Notes under the pieces: model-generated
Told to the model about the DNA's origin: nothing
Databases searched by the model: none
Seen by the model: the letters and a program-made list of their open reading frames with translations, nothing else
Assembly (NCBI GenBank): GCA_012295275.1
Contig: CM022673.1
Span: 29,636,001-29,700,000 of the forward strand
Length of the DNA: 64,000 nucleotides
Source: Chrysomallon squamiferum
Lineage: Eukaryota; Animalia; Mollusca
Direction of reading: 5' to 3'
Program-made: the position numbers and the translations under genes
Part shown: piece after piece, positions 29,933 through 43,185 of the stretch
Layout of the letters: each line of letters starts with the position of its first letter
Position numbering within the stretch: position 1 is the stretch's first letter

Positions 29933-30814
29933 ACGTATAAAACTAGTTTTAGATAATAAATCTATTGTTAAACTTGTAAAGAATTCTCTGTTTCTAAATC
30001 TGATTTTCAATAGATCTCCATCTGCACTGTTAATGTCCCCATTGTGAAGTCGACATTCCTTACATTCTTTTGTTTTTTACTATAAAGAAAGCTTTCTTTA
30101 TTTTACTACTTTGATACTGATTTTTTTTCAAATTTGTTATTATTATTATTATTATTATCATAATACAAATACAAACATAAATATAATAATAACAATAACA
30201 GTAATAATTATTAGTAAAATTACACCACTGATTATTGAATAAGAATGAACATGATTCAGTTTTCAGTTGATTCTCTTTCTAACGATTTTGATTCATCAGT
30301 ATTCTAAACAGCTAGGATGCTATTCCTGCTAATACCTTTGACCAGACAGAAGCAGTTAATTTGTTCGTTTAACGTCGTTTCTAGAACACAGGAATAATAA
30401 TAAAAACATGCTTTGATATTGCTACAATTATGTGATGAAATATCGTTTCATTGATATCCGTGATAACACTGTGATAGTGAAACACGGCAGTTTCATGTAT
30501 GTTACAACAGCCTCGTTGCTATTCTAACTACTTGATAATGAAACACGTTTGAGCTGCATGTTTCAGTACAGTTCTTTGTTATCAGTGATTACAGGCTGAC
30601 AGTGAAACAGGTTCGTGTTGTATATTACAATATGTCTCGCTGATATCACTCGTTGATAGTGAAACGAGATAGAATAATATCACTATGTTAACCGTTACGG
30701 CATGCCTCACTGATATTCGTGATAACACTTTGATGGTGAAAAACTGTTTTGCTACCTGTTACCATATTCTTTAAAGTGAAACAGCATGATATAAAAACAA
30801 GACGCGCAAACATA

Positions 30815-30871
<57 letters not shown>

Positions 30872-31449
30872 GTAATTAATAAACTTCTGCTTGTTATTTT
30901 ATTGTTCGAGTCAGTACCAAGAACACTGTAAAATAATATCACTGATGTCGTCAGATTTTATACGTTTTTCTTTTAACATGCAAATCATCATCCAAACAAT
31001 AATCATACAGCATTTGCAGTTTGCTTCATCAGTGTTGAACTATTTCTCGTTGCAGTCAATGTCAAACAGCTGCTTTGCTGTCCAGTGTACTGTGTATATA
31101 AAAGATGCTTTGCTGCAAATGACAGGCAAATAGCTCAGCTTAGCTGCTTGAACTGCAGAACGTTTCCCCACACGTCAGTTACACACATACATAGCTGTGT
31201 TGTTTAAAACATTCTCCACTTATTTCTTTTACTTGTTACTATATACTCTATATCTATGTCTATATATCAAAATATCTTTCTTTATGTACGTATTATTATT
31301 ATACATACGTAGATATGTTCTCTATTCCTCTCTTTATTTACTTGATAAACAATAAAACTGTCTCTCAACATATCTGCTTCTTTATCTACTACAGACATAC
31401 AAAACTATGCTCTTCAGAACGCCTCTCTGTAACATGCATCTCTTTATCT

Positions 31450-32345
31450 GTTTGTATACTAAACACAGCTATGTTCTATAGAACTCTCTGTATATCTACT
31501 TGTATACTAAAGACATACACACTTGTATACTAAAGACATACTAAAGACATACAGCTGTGTTCTATAGAACTCTCTCTGTATATCTACTTGTATACTAAAG
31601 ACATACACAGCTGTGTTCTATAGAACTTCTGTAAATCTACTTGTATACTAAAGCTGTGTTCTATAGAACATACACAGCATGTGTTCTATAGAACTCTCTC
31701 TGTATATCTACTTGTATACTAAACACAGCTGTGTTCTATAGAACTCTCTCTGTATATCTACTTGTATACTAAAGACATACACAGCTGTGTTCTATAGAAC
31801 TCTCTCTGTATATCTACTTGTATACTAAACACAGCTGTGTTCTATAGAACTCTCTCTGTATATCTACTTGTATACTAAAGACATACACAGCTGTGTTCTA
31901 TAGAACTCTCTGTTCTGTATATCTACTTGTATACTAAAGACATACACAGCTGTGTTCTATAGAACTCTCTCTGTATATCTACTTGTATACTAAACACAGC
32001 TGTGTTCTATAGAACTCTCTCTGTATATCTACTTGTATACTAAAGACATACACAGCTGTGTTCTATAGAACTCTCTCTGTATATCTACTTGTATACTAAA
32101 GACATACACAGCTGTGTTCTATAGAACTCTCTCTGTATATCTACTTGTATACTAAACACAGCTGTGTTCTATAGAACTCTCTCTGTATATCTACTTGTAT
32201 ACTAAAGACATACACAGCTGTGTTCTATAGAACTCTCTCTGTATATCTACTTGTATACTAAACACAGCTGTGTTCTATAGAACTCTCTCTGTATATCTAC
32301 TTGTTACTGTAGAGATACAGAGCTGTGTTCTTTAGAACTACTCTC
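31450..32345. repeat. Minisatellite with 56/50-bp unit (intron 1, copy B)
   Basis: Same unit as 22960-23810, with some scrambled units near 31500-31680. Confidence 0.95.
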
Positions 32346-33354
32346 AATACATATGTCTTTTTTTCTACTTGTTACCATAGACATATAAAATTATGTTCTT
32401 TAGAAAGCCTGTCAATATATATATCTCTTTATCTACGTATACTAAAGACATACATAGTTGTGTCTCTGTATATATACTTGTTACTGTAGAGATACAGAGC
32501 TGTGTTCTTTAGAACGTCTCTCAATACATCTGTCTCTTTATCTGTTTGCTACTATAGACGCAGTTATCTTATTTATGTTTTTTGAGTATAGAAATTAGAA
32601 AGTAAACATACTGATCTCTGGAATAAGATGTTTGAATTTGTATTTCAAATCCTGAAAGAAACGACGTACAGTTAATACATTTGGACCAAACTGTCTTCAG
32701 AATAACACAGCATTTATTTGATTTAACTTTAACTTAATAACTGTGGTGATATTTCATTTTAATTTAATAACGTTTCAATGACATCGTATCAGTTTCGACT
32801 GAGGAATTGTTTGGGGGTAGCGGGGAGGGGGTTGCTCAGAATGAAAATAACAAAGTGACTTTAGATAAAAACACATTTGCCAATCAGCTACTGCATGTAA
32901 GAAGAAAAGCTCTACTGATATACATCTCAGAAGGAGATTAAAAAAAAGAAAAGAAACGATCTTTCACCACTGACGTAAGATTAGATTTGAAGTGCTGTAT
33001 GTGTCTAACATGACGTTAATTTGCCGAGTCTGTTTGTCCTGCGTTCACGCTGAACAGCGACCCTTTGGTCTGCAGAAATTAAATCACGCAGAGAGAAACA
33101 TTGATTACACAATCGTGTTGATCAATACGTATTTGATGTATGAACGAAAATAATTGTTTCTCTGATTTCAAATAAATGAGATCTTCTCTTGCAAATCATA
33201 AAATTGTCAAAATATTGATGTGGCAGCGTTCACAATCCCCACAACTTCGGTTCCGACAGTTTCTGTAACTGTCGACATGAACAAATTTAGTGGAAACTGT
33301 AAGCTAATCAACCGAACATTATAATTATTTTCTTTCGTACGTTTTTCTTTCTTT

Positions 33355-33387
<33 letters not shown>

Positions 33388-33846
33388 AATTGTTTAAAAA
33401 AGGGGTGCATTAAAAATTTATTTATTTAAGAACGTTTATAATTCTCATCGGTAATAAAGCCACTCCTTTACGTTTTGTTTAAAATAACTAACTAAATAAA
33501 TAAATAAATATATATATAATAGTTTTTTATCTGTTTACCTCTGTTAGTTCATGCTAAATGTTGTTATAATTCGCTATGTTACATTGCTTTGTTACATCTT
33601 GTTATGCTATTTTATATCATGTCGTCCATTTATGTTATATTTTGGTATAACACCATATCATGCTCTGTTCTGATATTCTATGTTATGTTATGTTACGTCA
33701 TATTTCGTAATATTGCATCAGAATGCATTCGTATTTAAATCTGTATATCATTATATGTATCGCGTGTTTTATTTTAAACTATATAAAAATATAATGTCTT
33801 TCGCACAGATTTAAAAATTGTCTTTTTTTTAAAAATCTTTTCAGAT

Positions 33847-33944
33847 ATGAAAAATCTGAGTTCCGTGGAGAGGCTCACTCTGATTATTGGCTTGGTTTTG
33901 CTGGCAATGTCGTGTCTGGTACAAACGAGAAAAATTAACTGTTC
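33847..33944 (+). CDS. elevenin: Elevenin precursor, copy B, first coding exon
   Basis: Acceptor ttttcag, ATG at 33847, MKNLSSVERLTLIIGLVLLAMSCLVQT-RKINC-(TC), donor gtaagt at 33945. Confidence 0.92.
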
Positions 33945-34738
33945 GTAAGTATCAATTTTTAAAATGAGAAGATTTTAGTTAAATAAATATACTGTATTTA
34001 CTCGCGTGTATGGCACATCTTGAGCATTGAATTAAAAACAAATTCGTACAAAATTAATGAAATATTCATCCTCGGAAAATAGCTTTTATATCAAGCACTG
34101 AAATTGCTCCCCTGTCCAAAAATCAAACATGTTTCAGATAATTTTACATAAAAACAGCTAAAAAATACCAAGCTTACAAAAATACAATAAAAAGTCAAGC
34201 TTAAGAGAAAAAGCTGAATGGCGCCCATGGAACGTGTCATACTTTCATACTAAAGTACGCCACTGTGTAATACACAGAATGTGTATTGGCTGCACGTTCA
34301 GTGAAACAAGACGTCTGTAAGAAAGTGCGTGTAAAAGATGAGTTTTAGTTAATCAATACGAACAGCAGTAATGATAATAATAATAATAACAACAATGAAT
34401 GAATGAATGAATGATGAAATAGTAGTAGTAAATTTAAATTAAAAATAATAAAATAAAATTATAAATTAAGTAAATAATACAAATCTGTTTGACATTTCCC
34501 TCCCCAACAAAGAAAAATACCATTAAAAATATCTTTTACATTATGACTTGTACCAACCAAAGTATTCTTCTTTTGTAAATATATATATATATATATATCT
34601 GAAAGCTTGTTTACCTTTTTATTAGTTATGTAACGATGACAATATATAATATATATATATACATACATACATCGATTTATAAATTCATACGCACACACAT
34701 ATGTATGTATGTATTTTTGTATGTGTGTGTGCGTGTAC

Positions 34739-34772
<34 letters not shown>

Positions 34773-34825
34773 ATCGTTACATCGTTAATAAAAATGTAAA
34801 CAAAATTTCAGATATATATGAGTGT

Positions 34826-34889
<64 letters not shown>

Positions 34890-35913
34890 ATTATGTAATT
34901 TTATATTATCTCAGAATATTTTAATTTGTCTTATAATGTGTATCATGTTTTCTAAAACAAGATACTAATATACTGTATATCAACATTATAATAATAGTCA
35001 TCTGGTGTTGAAATAACCATGCACTGTCTAAATAGGTAATGTATTAACCTCCGCTGACATTTACTTTTACGAAGTTACTAATCGTGAGTTTGAGAGAAAA
35101 CATCAACAGGTGATTATGTAAAACACGTAAGCCAAAAACATTTGCTAATCAATTGTACCTCTGACCTCCGACTGAACTCTCACAAGTTATCACACACTGA
35201 AATGTTTGGATAGTTAACACAGCATCTACTGACATAAAATTTTATATTTTATTCAACTGGAAGAAGTAGAACTTGCCGAGCACAAAGACCAAACATTCTT
35301 CTCGTATCGGAAATCGTTTCATAATTTGTAGCGTGGACAGTGTTATTTGTGTTTAATGTCGCTTTTATTTGTCTAAAATTCTGTTTATTACGATGCTGCA
35401 CGCGCATATGGATTGTAGTCAGTGACTGGTTTAGAAGACTAAAAACAGTGATATTTATAATTACACGTCCAAACATAATGTCTACACCACGCGCAAGAAA
35501 CAAGTCAAAACACAGAGATCGTAAGATCGATCCTCTTTGGTAGATGGTTCTATGAGTTACTAAAGAGAACGCTCCCAAAAACCGGTCGTGGTTTTCTCTA
35601 TGGGTGAGGTTGTATATAAAACATTTCTGGTCCTGGACGATAAGAGAAAAAGGTTGGATGGCGAAAATGGATTTCCTATCAGTTTTGTACAAAAAAATCA
35701 AAATGTTGAGATGTCAGTAAAAAGACCCAACAAAAATAAAAATGAAAATAAATAAATAAATAAATAATATAATGACAACCCATTCATTCCCTTCGTACAT
35801 ACTTCAGTAACGTCATCAAAGATGTAGCATGTCAGTATAGTTGTCTGTTTCATATATGCTTCAGTTAAAGACACAGCATGTCAGTATAGTTGTCTGTTAT
35901 TTATGCATTTCAG

Positions 35914-35988
35914 GGTTTATGTATACGCACCCAGATGTCGCGGTGTGACAGCGAAAAGAGGCGACCCATCACTTTTAGACACCAGACT
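35914..35988 (+). CDS. elevenin: Elevenin precursor, copy B, second coding exon
   Basis: Acceptor tttcag; (S)VYVYAPRCRGVTA-KR-GDPSLLDTR(L); donor gtaagt at 35989. Mature peptide RKINCSVYVYAPRCRGVTA has the canonical elevenin C-x8-C-RGV-x-A motif. Confidence 0.92.
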
Positions 35989-38452
35989 GTAAGTATTGTC
36001 TTAACTCAAGCGTACAACTTCTGATTTGCTTTGAAATTTTTGTTGTTATTATTACTGTTGTTGTCGCTAAGGTTATAGTTTTTCTAATGATTAAACATGA
36101 CAAAATTAAGTCATGTCTCGACGGGGGCTGATATTTTTCTTTACTCTTGACATCTGTATAAAAAAAAAATTCTGATGAAATACGGATACTGATATTTTGT
36201 AATAATTTACACTTTATCAGATTTGTTTTTTATTTCTGATATATAAAATAATTTTTTAATTAAAGAGAAAATGCCAGCTTTTGCCATTTTTTAATTTTAT
36301 TTTTATAATTAATTATTAGCAAAGATCAATCGCCATAAATAAATAAAGCAAATACTTTGAAGGTTATAAAATATTATTTTTAGATGCTGAATCGTACTAC
36401 AGCATGTACACTTTAAATCAGTTTATTGCTTTCTGAAAATCAGCTTCTTTTTTTTCCCTTTTTTTTTCTTTAAAGTTGAGTCTTGAACGAGTTAATTTAG
36501 TTTAGCAGTTATTTTGTTAGTTACTCCCAGAAGATTGTCAACTCTTCTCATTGCATCAGTTCAGCTATTTCCCGTCCACACCTTATCATCAAAACCTTCT
36601 TTTGTGAACGTGTTGCTTACACACTTTAGACGAACAACAGATAAGACATTACAATGAAAACCACATCTACTTTGTAAAAAATATATAGGAAACGTAATTA
36701 TCTTTGTACATTCGCTACATCTTTTAAACAGTAAGAGAAGTATAATATTTGTGGTATATGATTTATTTTCTACAGGTTTTATATATTTACACATATACAC
36801 AAAAACAACAACACACAAATGCATGCATATACACATACATACATACACACATACACGCACAAACACATACATACATACATACATACACATAAAAATACAT
36901 GTTAAACACATACACACATAGATAGATACATACATAAACATACACACATATATGTACATACATACAAGCACACACATACACATACATACATACATACATA
37001 CAAATTCGCACACACATACACACACATACATATATAAACATACATAGACACCTCTTGTTTATCAGTATGATTAGATGATTAGCAGCCAATCTGATGACAA
37101 CATCCTACACATACTTTTATAAAACACAGACACTTAATAAAAACGTGGCCTTGTACAATTAATCAGTCATTTATTTGTTCATTTATTTGTTCATTTATTC
37201 AAAATAACTTTAACCTTTGCTCGCATATTCACTGACTTGAATCTCACAAAAAAATTAAACATTGACTTTTGGGATTAATCACCAATGAAAAACGCATTCC
37301 ATTCAGACCTTTTGCTTAATATATGCTACGAAACATATTTTTACATCCTTAGTGAACTAATTAACTTTTTATTATCAAGATGAAGGTCTTTTAGTACATA
37401 TGTACACGAAATAAATAATATTATATTTTTCAGAGGAAAAACTTTGTAACGCATTTCACAGTGTGTGTATTAATTTACCTGAACCGGCCTATAACATGGC
37501 AAACAGGCCTAGCAGGAAAGAGTGAATGAAACGCATGACACAGAGATTAATTATATGTATTTTAAAATATAATTTCAGATGTGTTATTTACACTGGTGGT
37601 TTGTGAATAACCAACATTAATATCGAATATCAGTTGAGTTGTATTTCGAGTCTTGGGTTTGTCTAACTAATCTGGGTTTCCATCACAGTGGCTCAGATAG
37701 AATACGACACTGCAAACATCTTGATTAATTAGTACAGCTGTAGTTTATACATTGCATGATAACATTATCTCCGCTTGCTAAGTGTGAGTTCATTTGTGTT
37801 GAGCCGACAGTAACTGTTACCTTATTTATTGTGAACTGTCTAGTAATTGTAATTTTGTTTAAACTGAGCTGTTTAATATCTGTGTTTTTAATTACCTTCA
37901 AATAACTTTATCTCTAATTATTTATTAATTGTAAATTGCTATTTTGAATGTTTAATAAACAGTATATTTATAATTTTGAAAGGTTTAATAGCTGTAAATA
38001 TATTTACCTTGAACTATATGATAACTTTTATTTATGTAAAACGAATATAAGATGAAAAGAAAGGTTAAAAGAAAGTTAAAGAGAAAGAAAAAAGAAGTAT
38101 TGGAAGTAGAAAAATTCTTTCCATCGGTTTAGACTTTAATCTTTGTATCAAACTGATTGACTCAATTAATTCTTTATTTTTATGCTTTGGTTTAAAAATA
38201 AATAAATAAATAAATAAATAAAAAAAAAAAAACGAAACGAAAATCTAAGAGATATTAATTCATACATGCATATAAGTATACATACGTACGTGTGCATGTA
38301 CAGATATATACATGCATACACACCACACTATGAACATATACACATAAATATATAAATAGATACAGTTTGATGTATAGATAGATATTAGATAGATAGATGG
38401 ATGTATTGTTGGATGTACGTATGGTCGATACAGATATACAGATAGAGTGACT

Positions 38453-38484
<32 letters not shown>

Positions 38485-38639
38485 TGTTATATCACATATA
38501 CAAGTAGTATTTAACAATAAGAGACAATATAATTATGATTACTGGAATGGTTTAAATACATGATTTGTCACTGACGTTAACATATTACTCACAAGCCATT
38601 TTAGTCTATTTATGAAAATTTAAAAAAAGTCTTTGATGT

Positions 38640-39025
38640 TGTAGTGTTTGATCAAATAAGTCTCCGACACTGCACAATTTCTGAAAATAAGTCCAGCATT
38701 TGCACAGTTTGTGATAATAAGTCACTGCTATTGCACAGTTTGTGATAATACGTCTCTGACATTTAATAGCTTGTGAAAATAAATCACTGACACTAAATGC
38801 TTTGTGAAGATACGCTCCTGACATTGAATAATTTGTCACAATAAATAATGACAATGTAGAGTTTGTGAAAATACGTCACTGACGTAGTACAGTTTGTGAA
38901 AACAAATAAGTCTCTGACGTAATACAGTTTGTGAAAATAAATAAGTCTCTGACGTAATACAGTTTGTGAAAATAAATAAGTCTCTGACGTAATACAGTTT
39001 GTGAAAATAAATAAGACCCTGACAC
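38640..39025. repeat. Degenerate ~35-bp tandem repeat upstream of the 39071 exon
   Basis: Unit agtttgtgaaaataaataagtctctgacgtaatac; near-perfect at 38891-39015 and decaying 5'-ward. Confidence 0.85.
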
Positions 39026-39070
39026 TGATAATTAAACTAAAACTAAAAGTACGAGTTTTCTTTTTCACAG

Positions 39071-39185
39071 AGCGACAGACCAAGACGACACCTGGGAAAA
39101 TCCGTTTAGCAAGTTACAAAAACGCCGACTGGAGATAATGAGCAGAGCGTTAAAAAGAGAGGCAGATTACAACACGCAACCATTG
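39071..39185 (+). CDS. elevenin: Elevenin precursor, third coding exon (C-terminal pro-region)
   Basis: Pyrimidine-rich acceptor ttttctttttcacag, phase-2 compatible, open frame (L)ATDQDDTWENPFSKLQKRRLEIMSRALKREADYNTQPL with KRR and KR basic sites typical of prohormones; donor G|gttagt at 39186. Confidence 0.75.
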
Positions 39186-39632
39186 GTTAGTACACTTCTT
39201 TCCTTTGTTACTTACGTGTAATTTTATTGGTTGATTTTAAACTAAGAGGGTTACAATACGCAACCATTGGTTAGTATACTTCTTTCCTTTGTTATTTACG
39301 TGTAATTTTATTGGTTGATTTTAAACTAAGAGGGTTACAACACGCAACCATTGGTTAGTATACTTCTTTCCTTTGTTACTTACGTGTAATTTCATTGGTT
39401 GATTTTAAACTAACAGGGTTACAACACGCAACCATTGGTTAGTATACTTTTTTCCTTTGTTACTTACGTGTAATTTTATTGGTTGATTTTAAACTAAGAG
39501 GGTTACAATACGCAACCATTGGTTAGTATACTTGTCTTGTTTCCTTTGTTAAATTTACGTGTAATTTTATTGGTTGATTTTAAACTAATGGTCAAAAATT
39601 GAGGCAGATTACAATACGTAACCATTAGTTAC
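39167..39632. repeat. 84-bp tandem repeat (~5.5 copies) spanning the exon/intron junction at 39185/39186
   Basis: Units start at 39167, 39251, 39335, 39419 and 39503, with a partial copy at ~39609: ttacaa(c/t)acgcaaccattggttagta...ttttaaactaagaggg. Confidence 0.95.
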
Positions 39633-39838
39633 TATTTTTGTCTTTACGTCAACTAGTTAGTTGCCATTTACTGAAAACGAATATAATTATATTTTCTTTG
39701 AATATAATCAAGTACACGCTCATAACATGGACATACTTACGTACTTACGTACTTAAATACACGCATGCTACACGTGTATACATACATACATACATACATA
39801 CATACATACATACATACATACATACATACATACATACA

Positions 39839-39869
<31 letters not shown>

Positions 39870-40298
39870 CTACAGTAGATTACATGGCACTTTACAGAAA
39901 CAGAAGCTAAAACTTTCAAAAATCTAAAAAAGAATAATATGCACCGGAACACCACATTAAGAAACTGAAAAGAAAGAAAGAAAAAAATCCCACCCCCCAA
40001 TCTCCAACCCCCCCCAAACATTTAATTATATTTAAATTAAATAAAAATCTTTAAAAGTTACATCTCATATTAAAATATTTAAAAAAAATATGTTATCAGG
40101 TTTAGACTCAGAAAAAATATATATCTTCTTTGGACGCCATATAAAATTAATTATTAAAGAAACTAATGTTTTTTTTAAAAAAGAAAGAATAATGAAAAAG
40201 AAGGGAAAATGATGCTGAAGCTGACAAAATGAAAATTCGAAAAATCCTTAAGAATTAGAAGTTTCATAACTGCTGGAACAAAAAATATATATATATAT

Positions 40299-40336
<38 letters not shown>

Positions 40337-40390
40337 AAATAAGAAAATAAATAAATAAATAAAAATAATAATAATAATAAAAAAAAAAAA

Positions 40391-40428
<38 letters not shown>

Positions 40429-41420
40429 TAATAATAATAATAAATAAATAAATAAATAAAGTAATAAAAATAATAAATAAATAAATAATTAATTTAAAAA
40501 ATAAAAATATAAAACAATTAAAATAATAACAGCATTCGCAAAACTGGAAATTTTATCAAGAATAAATAACATACTACAGTTTAAATTTAAAAAGTTATCG
40601 TTCAGATAATTTCCATTCGTATGACCATTGTAGAGGACAGAATAAACAAAAATAAAAGTAATCGCTGAAATGGAGTTTGCATTTCAAGCATAAATAAAAT
40701 TTTAATTTTTTTTAAATAAACACACTCATTCACATACCTTCACATGCACACGCACAATACAAATATTTACTCAAACACAAAAATAAAAAAAATTAAATTA
40801 AAATAAAAATAAATTAAAATTTAATTGGTTTTATTTCTAACAATGAAAAGAAAATGGAGTTTTTAAATAACCAGTTCACACTTTTTTTTTACAGCGAACA
40901 GTTTCCATTAATTTTTTTTTTTAATTTTTTTTGGGGCAGTCAATATCAAAGAAAAAACATTTTTCGAGTTAATTTGTTTGTTTTTTTTCTTTCAAAACCG
41001 TAATCCTTTTCTTTTACTTTCTCTGTTGATTCTTTTATTTATTTATTTCTTCTTTCTTGATTATTTTATTTATTTGTTTATTTTTTTAATTCTTATATTT
41101 ATTTAGTATTTTCTTGATTATTTTATTTGTTTCTCCTTTCGTGATACTTTTTTTCTTTTCTTTCGTTCTTTTCTAGAAGTAGTGTCCTAATATTGCCATT
41201 TGGATAATTTTTATGATAACGTGATTGTTCAGTTTCATTTGTTATTGCATTATTATGTATCTTATACGTACATTTTTAAACACACACACACACATACAAA
41301 CATATATACACACAGAAACATGCATACATACATACATAGATGCATGTACGTATGTATATATGTATATGTATGTCTGTATGTGTGTATATGTAGCAGTATC
41401 AGAATTTTTTACTTTTCCAG

Positions 41421-41441
41421 AACACAGGAAGTAGAACGTAA
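41421..41441 (+). CDS. elevenin: Elevenin precursor, putative last coding exon (NTGSRT*)
   Basis: Acceptor ttttttacttttccag, phase 0 gives NTGSRT-TAA; AATAAA at 41517 and 41525. The full model is a 102-aa precursor. Confidence 0.5.
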   Translation, partial: NTGSRT

Positions 41442-42787
41442 CAGCTACGGGTGGGTTCAGACAATTTATTCGATATCACACAAAAATGAAGACAAGGAAA
41501 AACACCCTACGAGAACAATAAAACAATAAATATCACATCATAGAGTACATATAGCATCAAGTTATAGAATAATTTATGTATATATATAACATTTATATCA
41601 AATTTAATTTAATGTATATATATTCATCTCATTTATATTGAATTATCTTGCTTTAAATTAAGCAAATGTAAATTTGATAACTATAAAGCAAATACATATT
41701 CATCATTTATATATCATTTATATCACAATTTAAGCAAATGTATATCTAAAATAATTCATCTCATCATAAAATAATGTAAATTGAATTATCTTGCTTTAAA
41801 TCCTGAGTATTTAATGCCAAACTATAAAAGCATTTGATAACATAAAGCAAATACATGTAATAAATACACTTGATTAACATGACAAATACAACTAGTCATA
41901 TACCACAGTTATACATGACAAACTGATATTTGACAAACATAATACATAAAAACTCATACCAGGTAGATGACACCTGGGTGTAAGAAACTGGATTCTCCAG
42001 TACACTGAACGAGAACAGGACAATCTACAAATCAAATACAAGACATATAAAAGAAACTACCGACAATTACACAATTAACACATCACATATCGCCAACCAC
42101 GATGCACCAAAACATGTCCACACACACATAAAAAAATACACATACAAAATACATATACACAATTGACATTTCATTCAGATTGTATGTTTTCTTTAAGCCA
42201 GCTATCTTGAACAAATGTTTATTCAATGTAATTTAATCCATATATCCAATATAAATAATAATTACTTTATATATTCATAAAGTAATTAAACAAGTACTTT
42301 CTAATGGTGTTAAATAACAATGCATGTATACAAAACATACATATATTAAATAAAACAAAATACAGACTAACCTTTCAGATAATATCCCCTTTCAAATAAT
42401 AAATTCAGTTCCACCTTTAAAAATGAAATCTGGCCTGACAGTATAATCTTAGCAGGAGAAATAAACCTGAACACTTGAGCCAAGTTGTTTATTCCCTGAT
42501 GGGCTTGAGAGAGGAGTTTGGGAACAATAGTTAACACGCAAGGCAAGTAACGTGTGTTAGTACAGTGTAAGCTGAATGAAACAATCACCACAATGACAAG
42601 TTACCAGCCTATTGTTTGGCATAACCTGGCTAGGGATAAAAATAAAACTTTAGTTACACAATAAGCTGACAGGAGGCAAGCTGTAAATAAAACCTTACAT
42701 TAATGACAAAGCCTGCTAAAAAGCAAATATCTGCACATAAAACATTAAATACAAATCCTAACTAAAACAAATACCACATACTTCCAC

Positions 42788-43185
42788 ATATATATATGTA
42801 TATGTGTGTATGTGTGTATGTGTGTATGTGTGTATGTGTGTATGTATATATGTATATGTATGTATGTATGTATATATGTATATGTATGTCTGTATGTGTG
42901 TATATATATATATATATGTGTATATGTATGTATGTATATATATATATATGTATATGTATGTATGTATGTATATGTATGTATGTGTATGTATGTATATATG
43001 TATATGTGTGTATGTATGTATGTATGTATATGTGTGTATGTATGTATGTGTGTATGTATGTATATATGTATATATGTATATGTGTATATGTGTATATGTA
43101 TGTATGCATGTATGCATGTATGCATGTATGTATGTATATATGTATATGTGTATATGTGTATATGTATGTATGCATGTATGTATGT
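42788..43185. repeat. (TATG/TG/TA)n compound microsatellite
   Basis: About 400 bp compound array; source of six spurious ORFs in the track. Confidence 0.95.

Noticed and set aside
37434-37449. Alternative terminal exon after acceptor tatttttcag giving (L)GKTL*
   Set aside because: Phase-compatible but has no other support; the 39071 exon gives a far more prohormone-like continuation. It cannot be fully excluded without cDNA.
41200-41529. 109-aa ORF overlapping the putative last exon
   Set aside because: The 5' half is microsatellite. Its frame would need a phase-2 junction, whereas the upstream donor is phase 0.
41560-42180. Short local duplications and scrambled AC-rich sequence downstream of the poly(A) signals
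   Set aside because: Looks like low-complexity or low-quality consensus; no interpretable structure.
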